DNA of 64,000 nt. Origin: Escherichia phage T4_ev151. The notes beneath the pieces are model-generated. The model had not been told where the DNA came from. It saw nothing but the letters and a program-made list of their open reading frames with translations, and did not search any database. This document shows, in pieces, positions 9,398 to 20,042 of this stretch. The position numbers and the translations under genes were made by a program. Every line of letters begins with the position of its first letter. Positions within the stretch are counted from its first letter, which is position 1. The stretch lies in sequence record LR597660. One strand, given 5' to 3'.

Positions 9398-9810
9398 TAT
9401 TTTCCAGCCTCAAATGCTCGCATGTCTTGAATATGCTTAATAGCAAATCCACGTGATTTAATAGCATCAAGAGCTCCGCTACAGAAATCTAATAAAATCC
9501 CCCAATACTGTAACGAGGTATCAACCTTTAAAACATCCTTATCAGCTGATAGAACTGTCTTCATTTCTGATTTCTCGTAACGATCCATACTAAATTCATC
9601 ACCATCTCCTCGTCCCGAGTAGTAGTCTAATTTAGCTTTAAGAGCAACTTTTTTCTGTGCGTCAATTCTAAGCATTTCCTTTTTAATACTTGAATGCTTA
9701 TTAAGCCATTTACTATATAACATCACATTATTAGCTGCTTCATACTGTAATTTAGTCGAATCTATAAACACATCTTTCTTCAATTCTTCTTGAAGATCTT
9801 CTAATCTCAT
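9397..9810 (-). CDS. uvsY: recombination mediator UvsY
   Basis: 137 aa, same length as T4 UvsY; ATG verified; position upstream of gene 25. Confidence 0.85.
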   Translation of the reverse strand: MRLEDLQEELKKDVFIDSTKLQYEAANNVMLYSKWLNKHSSIKKEMLRIDAQKKVALKAKLDYYSGRGDGDEFSMDRYEKSEMKTVLSADKDVLKVDTSLQYWGILLDFCSGALDAIKSRGFAIKHIQDMRAFEAGK

Positions 9811-9876
9811 ATTGTTCTCTATTCAATTGTTATTGGATGGACTTAGATTCATTATACCACGTTTTAACGTGAAGCA

Positions 9877-10275
9877 TTATACTCTATTACTGGAAGCCAG
9901 TTGCAGTTTTATCTGCTCAATATCATCGGGGTTATCGATGACCGAAAAGCGTATTTCTACTATCAGAGTATAATCATCATAAACCGGTATTACATTAACT
10001 GCTAATTTATCAATACGTGGCTCATAGTTTCTTACTGCGCTTTCGATGTTACGCTCAACCGTATCAGCAGTAAGAGGAGTCATATTTTCAAAAAGCTGAT
10101 CTGATAAATCACATCCAAATTCAGGGTCAAATGGTCTTGAACCTTTTCTTGTTGTAATAATTCCTAAAAGACTGTTTTTAATTGACCTTAATCCAAGCGA
10201 TCTGGAAACGTCTTTGTTCCAATCCATTTTCATTTCCGGGTCAATGTCAGAATAAAGCTTATTAATATTTGACAT
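9877..10275 (-). CDS. 25: baseplate wedge protein gp25
   Basis: 132 aa (T4 gp25 length); start overlaps gene 26 stop (TAATG). Confidence 0.88.
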   Translation of the reverse strand: MSNINKLYSDIDPEMKMDWNKDVSRSLGLRSIKNSLLGIITTRKGSRPFDPEFGCDLSDQLFENMTPLTADTVERNIESAVRNYEPRIDKLAVNVIPVYDDYTLIVEIRFSVIDNPDDIEQIKLQLASSNRV

Positions 10276-10901
10276 TATAGTAACTCAAAGAACTCTTTGA
10301 GGCCTCTTATTACGTGAGCATGGGTTTTTCCACACTCTGGACACTTAATTGGAACAGCCAAATAAACGGTAGGTTTTAAAAGCATATCTTTTATAGCTAC
10401 AATATCTGACTCTGTGATGATAGAATATAAATCTTCTAGTTCCTTTTCATTTAAGTCTTCAACTGGAATGCTTTCCCCGTTAGCATGAATCGTTTCTATG
10501 CATGATACTATCATGTGGGCTATATTTTTATCATCAAAAATTTTAGGGTATCGGAATTTAATTTTAATGTCACCCAGTGTATACCAGAGGTCTTCTGGTG
10601 CATCTATTTGTGTATGTAATAGATTTATATGGGTTGGTATTTCAGTTCCACAGGTGCACTTCCAGGAGTTTTCGTGATTAACTTCACCGAGAGAATGTGC
10701 CCATAAATGAATCAACAATAGTTCTGATTCTTGGCGGTTTAAATCTTTTGCATTTGTGCAGTCTTTGATTAGCTTTTTAACAATTACTTCTACGGAACCA
10801 TTATTTTTGGCAGTAATAAGTTCTAGATATTCTTTAAGCGTGAATGCGCGACAATTGATTATTTTAGAACCAACTCTCACATCAAATTTGTATTCATACA
10901 T
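10275..10901 (-). CDS. 26: baseplate hub protein gp26
   Basis: 208 aa; ATG with AGGAG SD; divergent from gene 51. Confidence 0.82.
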   Translation of the reverse strand: MYEYKFDVRVGSKIINCRAFTLKEYLELITAKNNGSVEVIVKKLIKDCTNAKDLNRQESELLLIHLWAHSLGEVNHENSWKCTCGTEIPTHINLLHTQIDAPEDLWYTLGDIKIKFRYPKIFDDKNIAHMIVSCIETIHANGESIPVEDLNEKELEDLYSIITESDIVAIKDMLLKPTVYLAVPIKCPECGKTHAHVIRGLKEFFELL

Positions 10902-10922
10902 ATTTAGCTCCTTTATTTATCA

Positions 10923-10934
10923 TATTTATAAATA
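10923..10934. promoter_or_regulatory. overlapping divergent late promoters (TATTTATAAATA) for genes 26 (-) and 51 (+)
   Basis: - strand TATAAATA (10923-10930) 22 nt from the gene 26 ATG; + strand TATAAATA (10927-10934) 18 nt from the gene 51 ATG. Confidence 0.6.
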
Positions 10935-10951
10935 GAATAAAAGGAGCATCT

Positions 10952-11701
10952 ATGGCAAACATTATTCGTTGTAAATTACCAGATGGTGTTCATCGTTTTA
11001 AACCATTTACGGTAGAAGATTATCGAGATTTTTTGTTAGTTCGAAACGATATAGAACATCGGTCACCGCAAGAACAAAAAGAAATAATTACTGATTTAAT
11101 TGATGATTATTTTGGAGACTATCCGAAGACTTGGCAACCATTTATATTTTTGCAGGTATTTGTAGGGTCGATAGGTAAAACTAAAGTACCGGTCACATTT
11201 GTATGTCCAAAATGTAAAAAAGAAAAGACAGTTCCATTTGAAATATACCAAAAAGAATTAAAGGAACCTGTTTTTGATGTAGCTAATGTTAAAATTAAAT
11301 TAAAGTTTCCTTCTGAGTTTTATGAAAATAAAGCAAAGATGATTACTGAAAATATTCATTCTGTTCAAGTAGATGAAATTTGGTATGATTGGAAGGAAAT
11401 TAGCGAATCCAGTCAAATAGAACTCGTTGACGCCATCGAGATAGAAACATTAGAAAAAATTCTCGATGCAATGAATCCTATTAATTTAACTCTACATATG
11501 TCATGCTGTAATAAGTACATTAAAAAATACACTGATATAGTAGATGTGTTTAAGCTATTAGTTAACCCAGATGAGATATTTACTTTTTATCAAATTAACC
11601 ACACACTTGTAAAAAGCAATTATAGCTTAAATTCAATAATGAAAATGATTCCTGCCGAGCGCGGATTCGTATTAAAACTGATTGAGAAGGATAAACAATA
11701 A
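10952..11701 (+). CDS. 51: baseplate hub assembly protein gp51
   Basis: 249 aa; AAGGAG SD; T4 order 26-51-27. Confidence 0.85.
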   Translation: MANIIRCKLPDGVHRFKPFTVEDYRDFLLVRNDIEHRSPQEQKEIITDLIDDYFGDYPKTWQPFIFLQVFVGSIGKTKVPVTFVCPKCKKEKTVPFEIYQKELKEPVFDVANVKIKLKFPSEFYENKAKMITENIHSVQVDEIWYDWKEISESSQIELVDAIEIETLEKILDAMNPINLTLHMSCCNKYIKKYTDIVDVFKLLVNPDEIFTFYQINHTLVKSNYSLNSIMKMIPAERGFVLKLIEKDKQ

Positions 11702-12876
11702 TGAGTATGTTGCAACGCCCCGGATATCCAAATCTCAGCGTTAAATTATTTGATAGCTACGACGCTTGGAGTAATAATAGATTTGTTGAATTAGCTGCTA
11801 CTATTACCACATTAACTATGCGGGATTCTCTTTATGGCCGAAATGAAGGAATGCTGCAGTTTTATGATTCTAAAAACATCCATACAAAAATGGATGGAAA
11901 TGAAATAATTCAGATTTCTGTAGCTAATGCAAATGATATTAATAATGTTAAAACACGAATTTATGGATGTAAGCATTTTTCCGTGTCAGTAGATTCAAAA
12001 GGTGATAACATCATTGCTATTGAATTGGGAACTATTCATTCTATAGAAAATCTTAAATTCGGTAGACCATTTTTCCCTGATGCAGGTGAATCTATAAAAG
12101 AAATGCTTGGTGTCATTTATCAGGATCGCACATTATTAACTCCAGCAATAAATGCTATAAATGCTTATGTTCCTGATATTCCGTGGACTAGCACATTTGA
12201 AAACTATTTGTCATATGTAAGAGAAGTTGCTCTAGCTGTAGGAAGCGACAAATTTGTATTTGTATGGCAAGACATCATGGGAGTTAACATGATGGACTAT
12301 GATATGATGATAAATCAAGAACCATATCCAATGATTGTCGGTGAGCCATCTTTAATAGGTCAATTTGTCCAAGAATTAAAATATCCATTAGCATATGATT
12401 TCGTTTGGTTGACTAAATCGAATCCTCACAAACGTGACCCAATGAAAAATGCTACTATCTATGCTCATTCATTTTTAGATTCTTCACTGCCAATGATTAC
12501 TACAGGAAAGGGCGAAAACTCTATTGTAGTGTCAAGGTCAGGTGCTTATTCTGAAATGACTTATAGGAATGGATATGAAGAAGCCATTCGTCTTCAAACT
12601 ATGGCACAATATGACGGTTATGCTAAATGTTCTACTGTCGGTAATTTTAACTTGACTCCTGGTGTTAAAATTATTTTTAATGATAGTAAAAACCAATTTA
12701 AAACAGAATTTTACGTTGATGAAGTCATCCATGAATTATCAAATAATAATTCGGTAACTCATCTATATATGTTCACTAATGCAACGAAACTGGAAACAAT
12801 AGACCCAGTTAAGGTTAAAAATGAATTTAAATCTGATACTACCACTGAAGAAAGTAGTTCTTCCAATAAGCAATAA
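11701..12876 (+). CDS. 27: baseplate hub protein gp27
   Basis: 391 aa (T4 gp27 length); ATG overlaps gene 51 stop. Confidence 0.9.
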   Translation: MSMLQRPGYPNLSVKLFDSYDAWSNNRFVELAATITTLTMRDSLYGRNEGMLQFYDSKNIHTKMDGNEIIQISVANANDINNVKTRIYGCKHFSVSVDSKGDNIIAIELGTIHSIENLKFGRPFFPDAGESIKEMLGVIYQDRTLLTPAINAINAYVPDIPWTSTFENYLSYVREVALAVGSDKFVFVWQDIMGVNMMDYDMMINQEPYPMIVGEPSLIGQFVQELKYPLAYDFVWLTKSNPHKRDPMKNATIYAHSFLDSSLPMITTGKGENSIVVSRSGAYSEMTYRNGYEEAIRLQTMAQYDGYAKCSTVGNFNLTPGVKIIFNDSKNQFKTEFYVDEVIHELSNNNSVTHLYMFTNATKLETIDPVKVKNEFKSDTTTEESSSSNKQ

Positions 12877-13354
12877 AGAAGTTTCTATTCCTAAAATGGG
12901 TCTTAAACATTATAACATTTTAAAAGATGTTAAAGGTCCTGATGAAAATTTAAAACTTCTTATTGATTCTATTTGCCCGAATTTGTCACCAGCAGAAGTT
13001 GATTTCGTTTCTATTCATTTATTGGAATTTAATGGAAAGATTAAATCTCGTAAAGAAATAGATGGTTATACTTATGACATTAATGATGTTTATGTATGCC
13101 AAAGATTAGAATTTCAATACCAAGGAAATACATTTTATTTTAGACCTCCTGGAAAATTTGAACAATTTTTAACGGTGAGCGATATGTTATCCAAATGCTT
13201 GCTTAAGGTCAATGATGAAGTTAAAGAAATTAATTTTCTTGAGATGCCAGCATTCGTTTTAAAATGGGCAAATGATATTTTTACAACTTTAGCAATTCCT
13301 GGCCCTAATGGTCCAATAACTGGAATTGGCAATATTATTGGATTATTTGAATGA
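12821..13354 (+). CDS. 28: baseplate hub distal subunit gp28
   Basis: 177 aa; overlaps the gene 27 3' end in another frame; ATG verified. Confidence 0.8.
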   Translation: MNLNLILPLKKVVLPISNKEVSIPKMGLKHYNILKDVKGPDENLKLLIDSICPNLSPAEVDFVSIHLLEFNGKIKSRKEIDGYTYDINDVYVCQRLEFQYQGNTFYFRPPGKFEQFLTVSDMLSKCLLKVNDEVKEINFLEMPAFVLKWANDIFTTLAIPGPNGPITGIGNIIGLFE

Positions 13355-15123
13355 AAAAGCCACAAGAAATGCAAACGATGCGTAGAAAAGTTATTTCAGA
13401 TAATAAACCAACACAGGAAGCGGCTAAATCCGCTTCTAATACTTTATCTGGGCTTAATGACATTTCTACGAAATTGGATGATGCTCAAGCTGCTTCTGAA
13501 TTAATAGCTCAAACTGTCGAAGAAAAATCGAATGAAATAGTTGGAGCAATTGGTAACGTAGAAAGCGCAGTGAGTGATACTACTGCCGGTTCTGAGTTAA
13601 TTGCTGAAACTGTCGAAATTGGCAACAATATTAATAAAGAAATCGGTGAATCACTCGGAAGCAAATTAGATAAATTAACAAGTTTACTAGAGCAAAAAAT
13701 TCAGACAGCTGGAATTCAACAGACTGGAACTAGTTTAGCTACAGTTGAAAGCGCTATTCCTGTTAAAGTCGTTGAGGATGATACTGCTGAATCTGTGGGT
13801 CCTTTATTACCAGCTCCCGAAGCAGTTAATAATGATCCTGACGCTGATTTTTTCCCTACTCCTCAGCCAGTTGAACCCAAGCAAGAATCGCCAGAAGAAA
13901 AACAGAAAAAAGAAGCATTTAACTTAAAATTATCTCAAGCTTTAGATAAATTAACGAAGACTGTTGATTTTGGATTTAAGAAATCCATTTCAATTACTGA
14001 TAAAATATCAAGCATGCTATTTAAGTACACCGTCAGTGCTGCTATTGAAGCTGCTAAAATGACTGCAATGATATTGGCTGTTGTTGTTGGAATAGACCTG
14101 TTGATGGTTCATTTTAAATACTGGTCAGATAAATTTTCAAAAGCCTGGGATTTATTTAATACTGACTTTACTAAATTCTCTAGCGAAACCGGAACATGGG
14201 GTCCTTTATTACAGAGCATCTTTGATTCTATTGATAAAATTAAACAACTTTGGGAAGCGGGAGATTGGGGTGGATTGACAACAGCTATCATAGAAGGACT
14301 TGGAAGTGTTCTTTTTAATTTAGGAGAGCTTATTCAATTAGGTATGGCTAAATTATCTGCAGCAATTCTTCGAGTCATTCCTGGTATGAAGGATACTGCT
14401 GATGAAGTAGAAGGAAGAGCATTGGAAAATTTCCAAAATTCTACTGGAGCATCTCTCAATAAAGAAGACCAAGAAAAAGTTGCAAATTATCAAGATAAAC
14501 GAATGAACGGAGACCTTGGTCCGATAGCAAAAGGATTAGATAAAATTGCTAATTGGAAAACTCGTGCATCTAATTGGATTCGTGGAGTTGATAATAAAGA
14601 AGCACTAACTACCGACGAAGAACGCGCAGCAGAAGAAGAAAAATTAAAGCAACTTTCACCTGAAGAAAGAAAAAATGCTTTAATGAAGGCTAATGAAGCC
14701 CGTGCCGCAATGATTCGCTTTGAAAAATATGCTGATTCAGCTGATATGAGTAAAGACTCAACGGTTAAATCTGTTGAATCTGCCTATGAAGACCTTAAAA
14801 AACGGATGGATGACCCGGATTTAAACAATTCACCGGCAGTTAAAAAAGAACTTGCTGCTAGATTTTCTAAAATTGATGCTACTTATCAAGAGCTCAAGAA
14901 AAATCAGCCTAATGCCAAACCTGAAACTTCTGCTAAATCGCCAGAAGCGAAACAGGTCCAGGTTATTGAAAAGAACAAAGCACAGCAAGCTCCTGTTCAG
15001 CAAGCATCTCCTTCAATCAATAATACTAATAATGTTATTAAGAAAAATACTGTCGTTCATAATATGACACCCGTAACGAGCACGACTGCTCCTGGTGTAT
15101 TTGATGCGACTGGAGTTAATTAA
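13351..15123 (+). CDS. 29: baseplate hub / tail length determinator gp29
   Basis: 590 aa; start overlaps gene 28 stop (ATGA). Confidence 0.85.
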   Translation: MKKPQEMQTMRRKVISDNKPTQEAAKSASNTLSGLNDISTKLDDAQAASELIAQTVEEKSNEIVGAIGNVESAVSDTTAGSELIAETVEIGNNINKEIGESLGSKLDKLTSLLEQKIQTAGIQQTGTSLATVESAIPVKVVEDDTAESVGPLLPAPEAVNNDPDADFFPTPQPVEPKQESPEEKQKKEAFNLKLSQALDKLTKTVDFGFKKSISITDKISSMLFKYTVSAAIEAAKMTAMILAVVVGIDLLMVHFKYWSDKFSKAWDLFNTDFTKFSSETGTWGPLLQSIFDSIDKIKQLWEAGDWGGLTTAIIEGLGSVLFNLGELIQLGMAKLSAAILRVIPGMKDTADEVEGRALENFQNSTGASLNKEDQEKVANYQDKRMNGDLGPIAKGLDKIANWKTRASNWIRGVDNKEALTTDEERAAEEEKLKQLSPEERKNALMKANEARAAMIRFEKYADSADMSKDSTVKSVESAYEDLKKRMDDPDLNNSPAVKKELAARFSKIDATYQELKKNQPNAKPETSAKSPEAKQVQVIEKNKAQQAPVQQASPSINNTNNVIKKNTVVHNMTPVTSTTAPGVFDATGVN

Positions 15124-15131
15124 GGAATAAT

Positions 15132-16226
15132 ATGGCAATTGTTAAAGAAATAACTACTGATTTAATTAAAAAGTCCGGTGAGAAAATTTCAGCCGGACAG
15201 AGCACTAAATCAGAAGTAGTAACTAAAACATACACTGCCCAGTTTCCAACTGGGCGTGCTAGTGGTAATGACACTACAGGGGACTTCCAGGTAACAGATC
15301 TATATAAGAATGGATTATTATTTACTGCATACAATATGTCATCTAGGGATTCTGGAAGTCTTAGAACGATGAGATCTAACTACTCTTCTTCATCTTCGAG
15401 TATTTTACGTACAGCCAGAAACACTATCAGTAGTACAGTATCAAAACTATCAAATGGATTAATATCAAATAATAATTCAGGAACAATAAGTAAAGCTCCT
15501 GTCGCAAACATTCTTTTACCGAGATCTAAATCTGATGTTGACACATCATCACATAGATTTAATGATGTTCAAGAAAGTCTTATCAGCAGAGGCGGAGGTA
15601 CTGCTACTGGTGTGCTAAGTAATGTTGCTTCAACCGCAGTATTTGGGGCACTGGAAAGTATAACACAAGGTATAATGGCTGATAATAATGAACAGATTTA
15701 TACGACAGCCAGAAGTATGTATGGTGGTGCTGAAAATAGAACTAAAGTGTTTACATGGGATTTGACTCCACGTTCAACAGAAGATTTAATGGCTATTATT
15801 AATATCTATCAATATTTTAACTATTTTTCTTATGGTGAAACAGGTAAATCTCAACACACTGCTGAAATAAAGGGGTATTTAGATGATTGGTATCGTTCTA
15901 CGTTAATTGAACCTTTATCTCCGGAAGACGCAGCTAAAAATAAAACACTATTTGAGAAAATGACAGCAAGTTTAACGAACGTTCTTGTAGTTTCAAACCC
16001 GACAGTTTGGATGGTGAAAAACTTTGGTGCAACATCTAAGTTTGATGGAAAAACGGAAATATTTGGTCCATGCCAAATACAGAGCATTAGATTTGATAAA
16101 ACACCTAATGGTAACTTTAACGGATTAGCTATTGCTCCAAACCTCCCTAGTACATTTACTCTCGAGATTACTATGAGAGAAATTATCACGTTAAACCGTG
16201 CTTCTTTATATGCGGGGACTTTTTAA
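15132..16226 (+). CDS. 48: baseplate tail-tube cap gp48
   Basis: 364 aa; T4 order 29-48-54. Confidence 0.85.
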   Translation: MAIVKEITTDLIKKSGEKISAGQSTKSEVVTKTYTAQFPTGRASGNDTTGDFQVTDLYKNGLLFTAYNMSSRDSGSLRTMRSNYSSSSSSILRTARNTISSTVSKLSNGLISNNNSGTISKAPVANILLPRSKSDVDTSSHRFNDVQESLISRGGGTATGVLSNVASTAVFGALESITQGIMADNNEQIYTTARSMYGGAENRTKVFTWDLTPRSTEDLMAIINIYQYFNYFSYGETGKSQHTAEIKGYLDDWYRSTLIEPLSPEDAAKNKTLFEKMTASLTNVLVVSNPTVWMVKNFGATSKFDGKTEIFGPCQIQSIRFDKTPNGNFNGLAIAPNLPSTFTLEITMREIITLNRASLYAGTF

Positions 16227-17191
16227 TGTATTCTTTAGAGGAATTTAATAATCAAGCAATAAACGCAGATTTCCAACGTAATAATATGTTTAGCTGCGTT
16301 TTTGCAACAACTCCATCAACTAAAAGCTCTTCGTTGATAAGTTCAATTAGCAACTTTTCTTATAATAACTTGGGCCTAAATTCAGATTGGTTAGGATTAA
16401 CTCAAGGCGATATTAATCAGGGAATTACCACGCTAATTACAGCTGGCACACAAAAACTGATAAGAAAATCAGGGGTTAGTAAATATCTTATTGGTGCCAT
16501 GAGTCAACGTACAGTTCAAAGTTTATTAGGCTCATTTACAGTTGGTACATATTTAATTGACTTCTTTAACATGGCATATAACTCATCTGGATTGATGATA
16601 TACTCTGTAAAAATGCCAGAGAATAGATTATCCTATGAAACTGACTGGAACTATAATTCTCCTAATATTCGTATAACTGGGAGAGAATTAGACCCTTTGG
16701 TTATTTCATTTAGAATGGATTCAGAAGCTTGTAACTATCGTGCAATGCAAGACTGGGTTAACTCTGTTCAAGACCCAGTAACTGGATTGCGTGCTTTGCC
16801 ACAAGATGTCGAGGCAGATATTCAGGTTAATCTTCATTCTCGCAATGGATTACCTCATACTGCGGTGATGTTCACTGGATGCATTCCAGTGTCAGTGAGC
16901 GCTCCTGAGTTATCATATGATGGAGATAACCAAATAACTACATTTGATGTTACTTTTGCGTATAGAGTGATGCAGGCTGGAGCAGTTGATAGGCAAGCTG
17001 CGCTTGAATGGCTTGAATCTGCTGCTATAAATGGTATTCAAAGCGTTCTTGGAAATAGTGGAGGTGTTACTGGACTATCTAATTCGCTTTCACGACTTAG
17101 TAGATTAGGAGGGACTGCAGGAAGCATTTCAAACATTAATACTATGACAGGGATTGTCAATTCGCAAAGTAAAATATTAGGAGCAATATAA
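16226..17191 (+). CDS. 54: baseplate tail-tube initiator gp54
   Basis: 321 aa; start overlaps gene 48 stop (TAATG). Confidence 0.85.
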   Translation: MYSLEEFNNQAINADFQRNNMFSCVFATTPSTKSSSLISSISNFSYNNLGLNSDWLGLTQGDINQGITTLITAGTQKLIRKSGVSKYLIGAMSQRTVQSLLGSFTVGTYLIDFFNMAYNSSGLMIYSVKMPENRLSYETDWNYNSPNIRITGRELDPLVISFRMDSEACNYRAMQDWVNSVQDPVTGLRALPQDVEADIQVNLHSRNGLPHTAVMFTGCIPVSVSAPELSYDGDNQITTFDVTFAYRVMQAGAVDRQAALEWLESAAINGIQSVLGNSGGVTGLSNSLSRLSRLGGTAGSISNINTMTGIVNSQSKILGAI

Positions 17192-17195
17192 CAAT

Positions 17196-17219
17196 GGGGA
17201 CCTTTCGGTCCCCATATTT
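17196..17219. terminator. stem-loop terminator between convergent genes 54 and the alt-downstream ORF
   Basis: GGGGACC-TTTC-GGTCCCC followed by ATATTTTTATTT. Confidence 0.7.
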
Positions 17220-17510
17220 TTATTTACGGAATGAAATGAAAGCAGAAACTGAAGCAACTAAACTGTCTTCAATATAAACTTCAATTTTTACCGGAGCTTC
17301 TGACTCAAATTTACCTGTTACTACACCCTGAAAAATACTTTCAGTTTGTTCTGGCTTTGAAAAATTTTCAGAAGGAAAAATTCCGAACTTTTTATCTGTT
17401 CCAAAAATTTTAATAAATTCATCGTAAACTGCTTCATTAAAAGCATTATCAGCAGGAATAACGCCTTCAACTACAAGTTCTTGACCCAAAAAGCGCAAAG
17501 AAGATTTCAT
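17220..17510 (-). CDS. hypothetical protein (T4 alt.-3 position)
   Basis: 96 aa; ATG verified; preceded by GAGGA SD supplied by the 54-bp repeat. Confidence 0.65.
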   Translation of the reverse strand: MKSSLRFLGQELVVEGVIPADNAFNEAVYDEFIKIFGTDKKFGIFPSENFSKPEQTESIFQGVVTGKFESEAPVKIEVYIEDSLVASVSAFISFRK

Positions 17511-17517
17511 TTTGTGT

Positions 17518-17571
17518 TCCTCATGTTATGTCAGTAAGACTACTATAACACAACACGAGGGACTTGTAAAC
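17518..17571 (-). promoter_or_regulatory. 54-bp repeat copy A: early promoter (GTTTAC, 18 nt, TGnTATAGT) plus leader and SD
   Basis: Identical to 31151-31204; - strand reads GTTTAC-AAGTCCCTCGTGTTGTGT-TATAGT...GAGGA; the downstream gene ATG is 7 nt past the repeat. Confidence 0.6.
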
Positions 17572-17746
17572 TACATTTTGAACTTTTTAGTACGCGTAAT
17601 AGGCATGCGTCGATTTTATACTGTTTCATTGTTTGAAGAGCAGTATCAAAAACAGCATTAATGACACCAATTGGATTTCCACCCAAGTTTTTAAGCTTAA
17701 CTAATGATAGTTTCTCATTAACACCTATCATTACGATATGCATCAT
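17543..17746 (-). CDS. Alt N-terminal paralogue, distal fragment (T4 alt.-2 position)
   Basis: 67 aa MMHIVMIGVNEKLSLVKLKNLGGNPIGVINAVFDTALQTMKQYKIDACLLRVLKS... aligns with Alt residues ~63-125 (MMHIVPFTLTAKGSIAKLKGLGPSPINYINSVFTVAMQTMRQYKIDACMLRILKS); start overlaps the upstream ORF stop (ATGA). Confidence 0.6.
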   Translation of the reverse strand: MMHIVMIGVNEKLSLVKLKNLGGNPIGVINAVFDTALQTMKQYKIDACLLRVLKSSKCSLQVPRVVL

Positions 17747-17928
17747 TTTGTCGCCTGGTTTAACGTTTTATCTGTATCACCGCCAGAGGTGTATGTACAA
17801 AATCTAAATCCAGGAAGCACGCTTTCTTCGCCGGCTTGAATAGCAAAAATTTGTGGTATTTTATGCTTAGGATTTAAGTTAACAACCGGCGCCGAAGCGC
17901 CGTCAAATAATTCTGTAATAAGTTCCAT
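17743..17928 (-). CDS. Alt N-terminal paralogue, proximal fragment (T4 alt.-1 position)
   Basis: 61 aa MELITELFDGASAPVVNLNPKHKIPQIFAIQAGEESVLPGFRFCTYTSGGDTDK... aligns with Alt residues 1-60. Confidence 0.6.
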   Translation of the reverse strand: MELITELFDGASAPVVNLNPKHKIPQIFAIQAGEESVLPGFRFCTYTSGGDTDKTLNQATK

Positions 17929-17931
17929 GAT

Positions 17932-20019
17932 TTATCCTTGAACGAACTTGTAAGGCATATTTGTAATATCTATGCAAGACGCAATAATTCCAAGAGATGA
18001 TTCTACTTTCTGTTTAACATTTGACGAAACAAATGATGCAAAGTCAACTCTATTTTCTATATAGCCTGTCATTGTAACCAATTCACCAGTTTCCATTAAA
18101 CGGTCTCCGTCATAGATTACCGATTCGGTGAGTTCTTCTGTGGTCATAACTTCAGCTTGAATGAGTTTTGTATTATTAGATGTTGTTCCGTCATTATTAG
18201 AAGCATCAGTTATTTTATTAACTTTGACCATCAATCCACGCGGTAGAATAACTTCAGCTTCAGTTGCTATTCCGAGATTTCCTGGATATACAACATTAAC
18301 TTTATGTGCGCCGTCAATAGCCCATCCTATTTGAACTTTAACGTATTCAGGATTTTCTTTATACGCTCTTATTTCGTTTGGATTAATAGTTATTCCTTCT
18401 TCATTTTTATCAACTGTTAATTCATTGCGAGCTTCTGGTTCTAAAAGACCAATACCAGCATGTGTAATTCCAAAACGTCCAAAAATGATAGGAGTTAAAG
18501 AAGTAGATACAAAATTTCTGAAATAGAATACTTTATTTTTAACTAGTGCTTCGTATATAGGAGCAGTCATACTTTGAGCACGATAAACTGTAATGCCTTC
18601 TGGTATACGATCACCATTTTCAAAAGCATAATCTAAATTAGTTATAGCAGCTTCAATTTCTTTTTCACTCATTACTTCATAACGTTCTGGATCATAACGA
18701 CCCAAAAGAAGATTATTGATGTCAGTATACCCTGAACCACAATACTCTCTAATGCCGCGCTTTTGTGATGGAGTATATTTAGAACCATCACGGGCAATAG
18801 TAATATCAATCATTGGACCTGCACCAATTCCAGAAAAACTATAAATCATTCTTTTGAGGAATTTAGTTTTTGCTGCGTTCCAGGAATTTTTAGTCATTTC
18901 TTCCCAGACTTCATCTGGCTGCCCTTTACGAGTTTTATTATGTTTATCAAGCCAATTATCTTTATATTCTTCAAAGAGTTGATTAACAGCTGCTGCGTAT
19001 TTCTCTAAACATTTTATTGAAGTAGTTGGTTCATTTTTAATTGCATTAAAAATTACTTCTTTAATTTTTTCTGAAACTTCACCGACTTGACTCATTGGAA
19101 AGAATTTATAATCATAGTGAAGTTCATCTGCCGTTCCTTCAGCAATAATTTTTGCTGCCTTTGTTTTAGAAGCTAATGAATTAATTCCAATTTTCATTTC
19201 TTCTGCTTCGGGAATTAAAGGTGCAGTAGCTGGTTTATTAAAATTAGCTGCTGTAGATTCATACTTCTGGAATAATTCACTTTCAAATCTAGAAGATTCC
19301 AATGATTGACTTTGCGCAATTGCTCTACGGGAAATTTTAACTTTAACGATTACAGCTTGGTCAGAACGTTTATCATTTTCTTGTGCAATAGATGCTGCAA
19401 TTGCCTCATTTTTAGTTACTTGAGCTCCAGTATCTTTATTGATGTAAACATCGCCGACTTTCGATTCAACTTTAGTAAAGAGCTCGGTACTAATTTCCGG
19501 AACTCCTGGAATGTCTTCTAGTGATACATTTTTGCGATGTATAAGAATATATGCATACTTTTTATCATAATCCCAGAGTTCCTTAAGAAGGACGTATCTG
19601 CCACCTGAACGGCTACGGATAAGTCTATCAGCAATAACTTGAATTTGTCGAGCTTGACCAGCGGTTTTAGACTTAAGAATACGAAGCATACAAGCATCAA
19701 TTTTATACTGACGCATTGTTTGCATTGCAACAGTAAAAACTGAATTGATATAATTAATTGGGCTTGGACCAAGACCTTTTAATTTAGCAATTGAACCTTT
19801 AGCAGTTAATGTAAAAGGAACAATGTGCATCATTTTATCGCCCATCTTTAAATCGCGATTAGTATCACCTCCAGATGTATAGGTACATAAACGAAAGCCT
19901 GGTTGTTCAATTGCATCATCAACATGAACTGAAAAAATTTGCGGTATTTTCTTCTTTGGATTTAAGTTTGTAATCGGAAGAGTAGTATCTTCGTCAAATA
20001 ATTCTGTAATGAGTTCCAT
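17932..20019 (-). CDS. alt: ADP-ribosyltransferase Alt (virion-packaged)
   Basis: 695 aa; position upstream of gene 30 and the late promoter; the N-terminal 125 aa are shared with the two downstream fragments; function from recalled T4 Alt. Confidence 0.85.
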   Translation of the reverse strand: MELITELFDEDTTLPITNLNPKKKIPQIFSVHVDDAIEQPGFRLCTYTSGGDTNRDLKMGDKMMHIVPFTLTAKGSIAKLKGLGPSPINYINSVFTVAMQTMRQYKIDACMLRILKSKTAGQARQIQVIADRLIRSRSGGRYVLLKELWDYDKKYAYILIHRKNVSLEDIPGVPEISTELFTKVESKVGDVYINKDTGAQVTKNEAIAASIAQENDKRSDQAVIVKVKISRRAIAQSQSLESSRFESELFQKYESTAANFNKPATAPLIPEAEEMKIGINSLASKTKAAKIIAEGTADELHYDYKFFPMSQVGEVSEKIKEVIFNAIKNEPTTSIKCLEKYAAAVNQLFEEYKDNWLDKHNKTRKGQPDEVWEEMTKNSWNAAKTKFLKRMIYSFSGIGAGPMIDITIARDGSKYTPSQKRGIREYCGSGYTDINNLLLGRYDPERYEVMSEKEIEAAITNLDYAFENGDRIPEGITVYRAQSMTAPIYEALVKNKVFYFRNFVSTSLTPIIFGRFGITHAGIGLLEPEARNELTVDKNEEGITINPNEIRAYKENPEYVKVQIGWAIDGAHKVNVVYPGNLGIATEAEVILPRGLMVKVNKITDASNNDGTTSNNTKLIQAEVMTTEELTESVIYDGDRLMETGELVTMTGYIENRVDFASFVSSNVKQKVESSLGIIASCIDITNMPYKFVQG

Positions 20020-20042
20020 TATATCCTCTCTAGTGTTTATTC

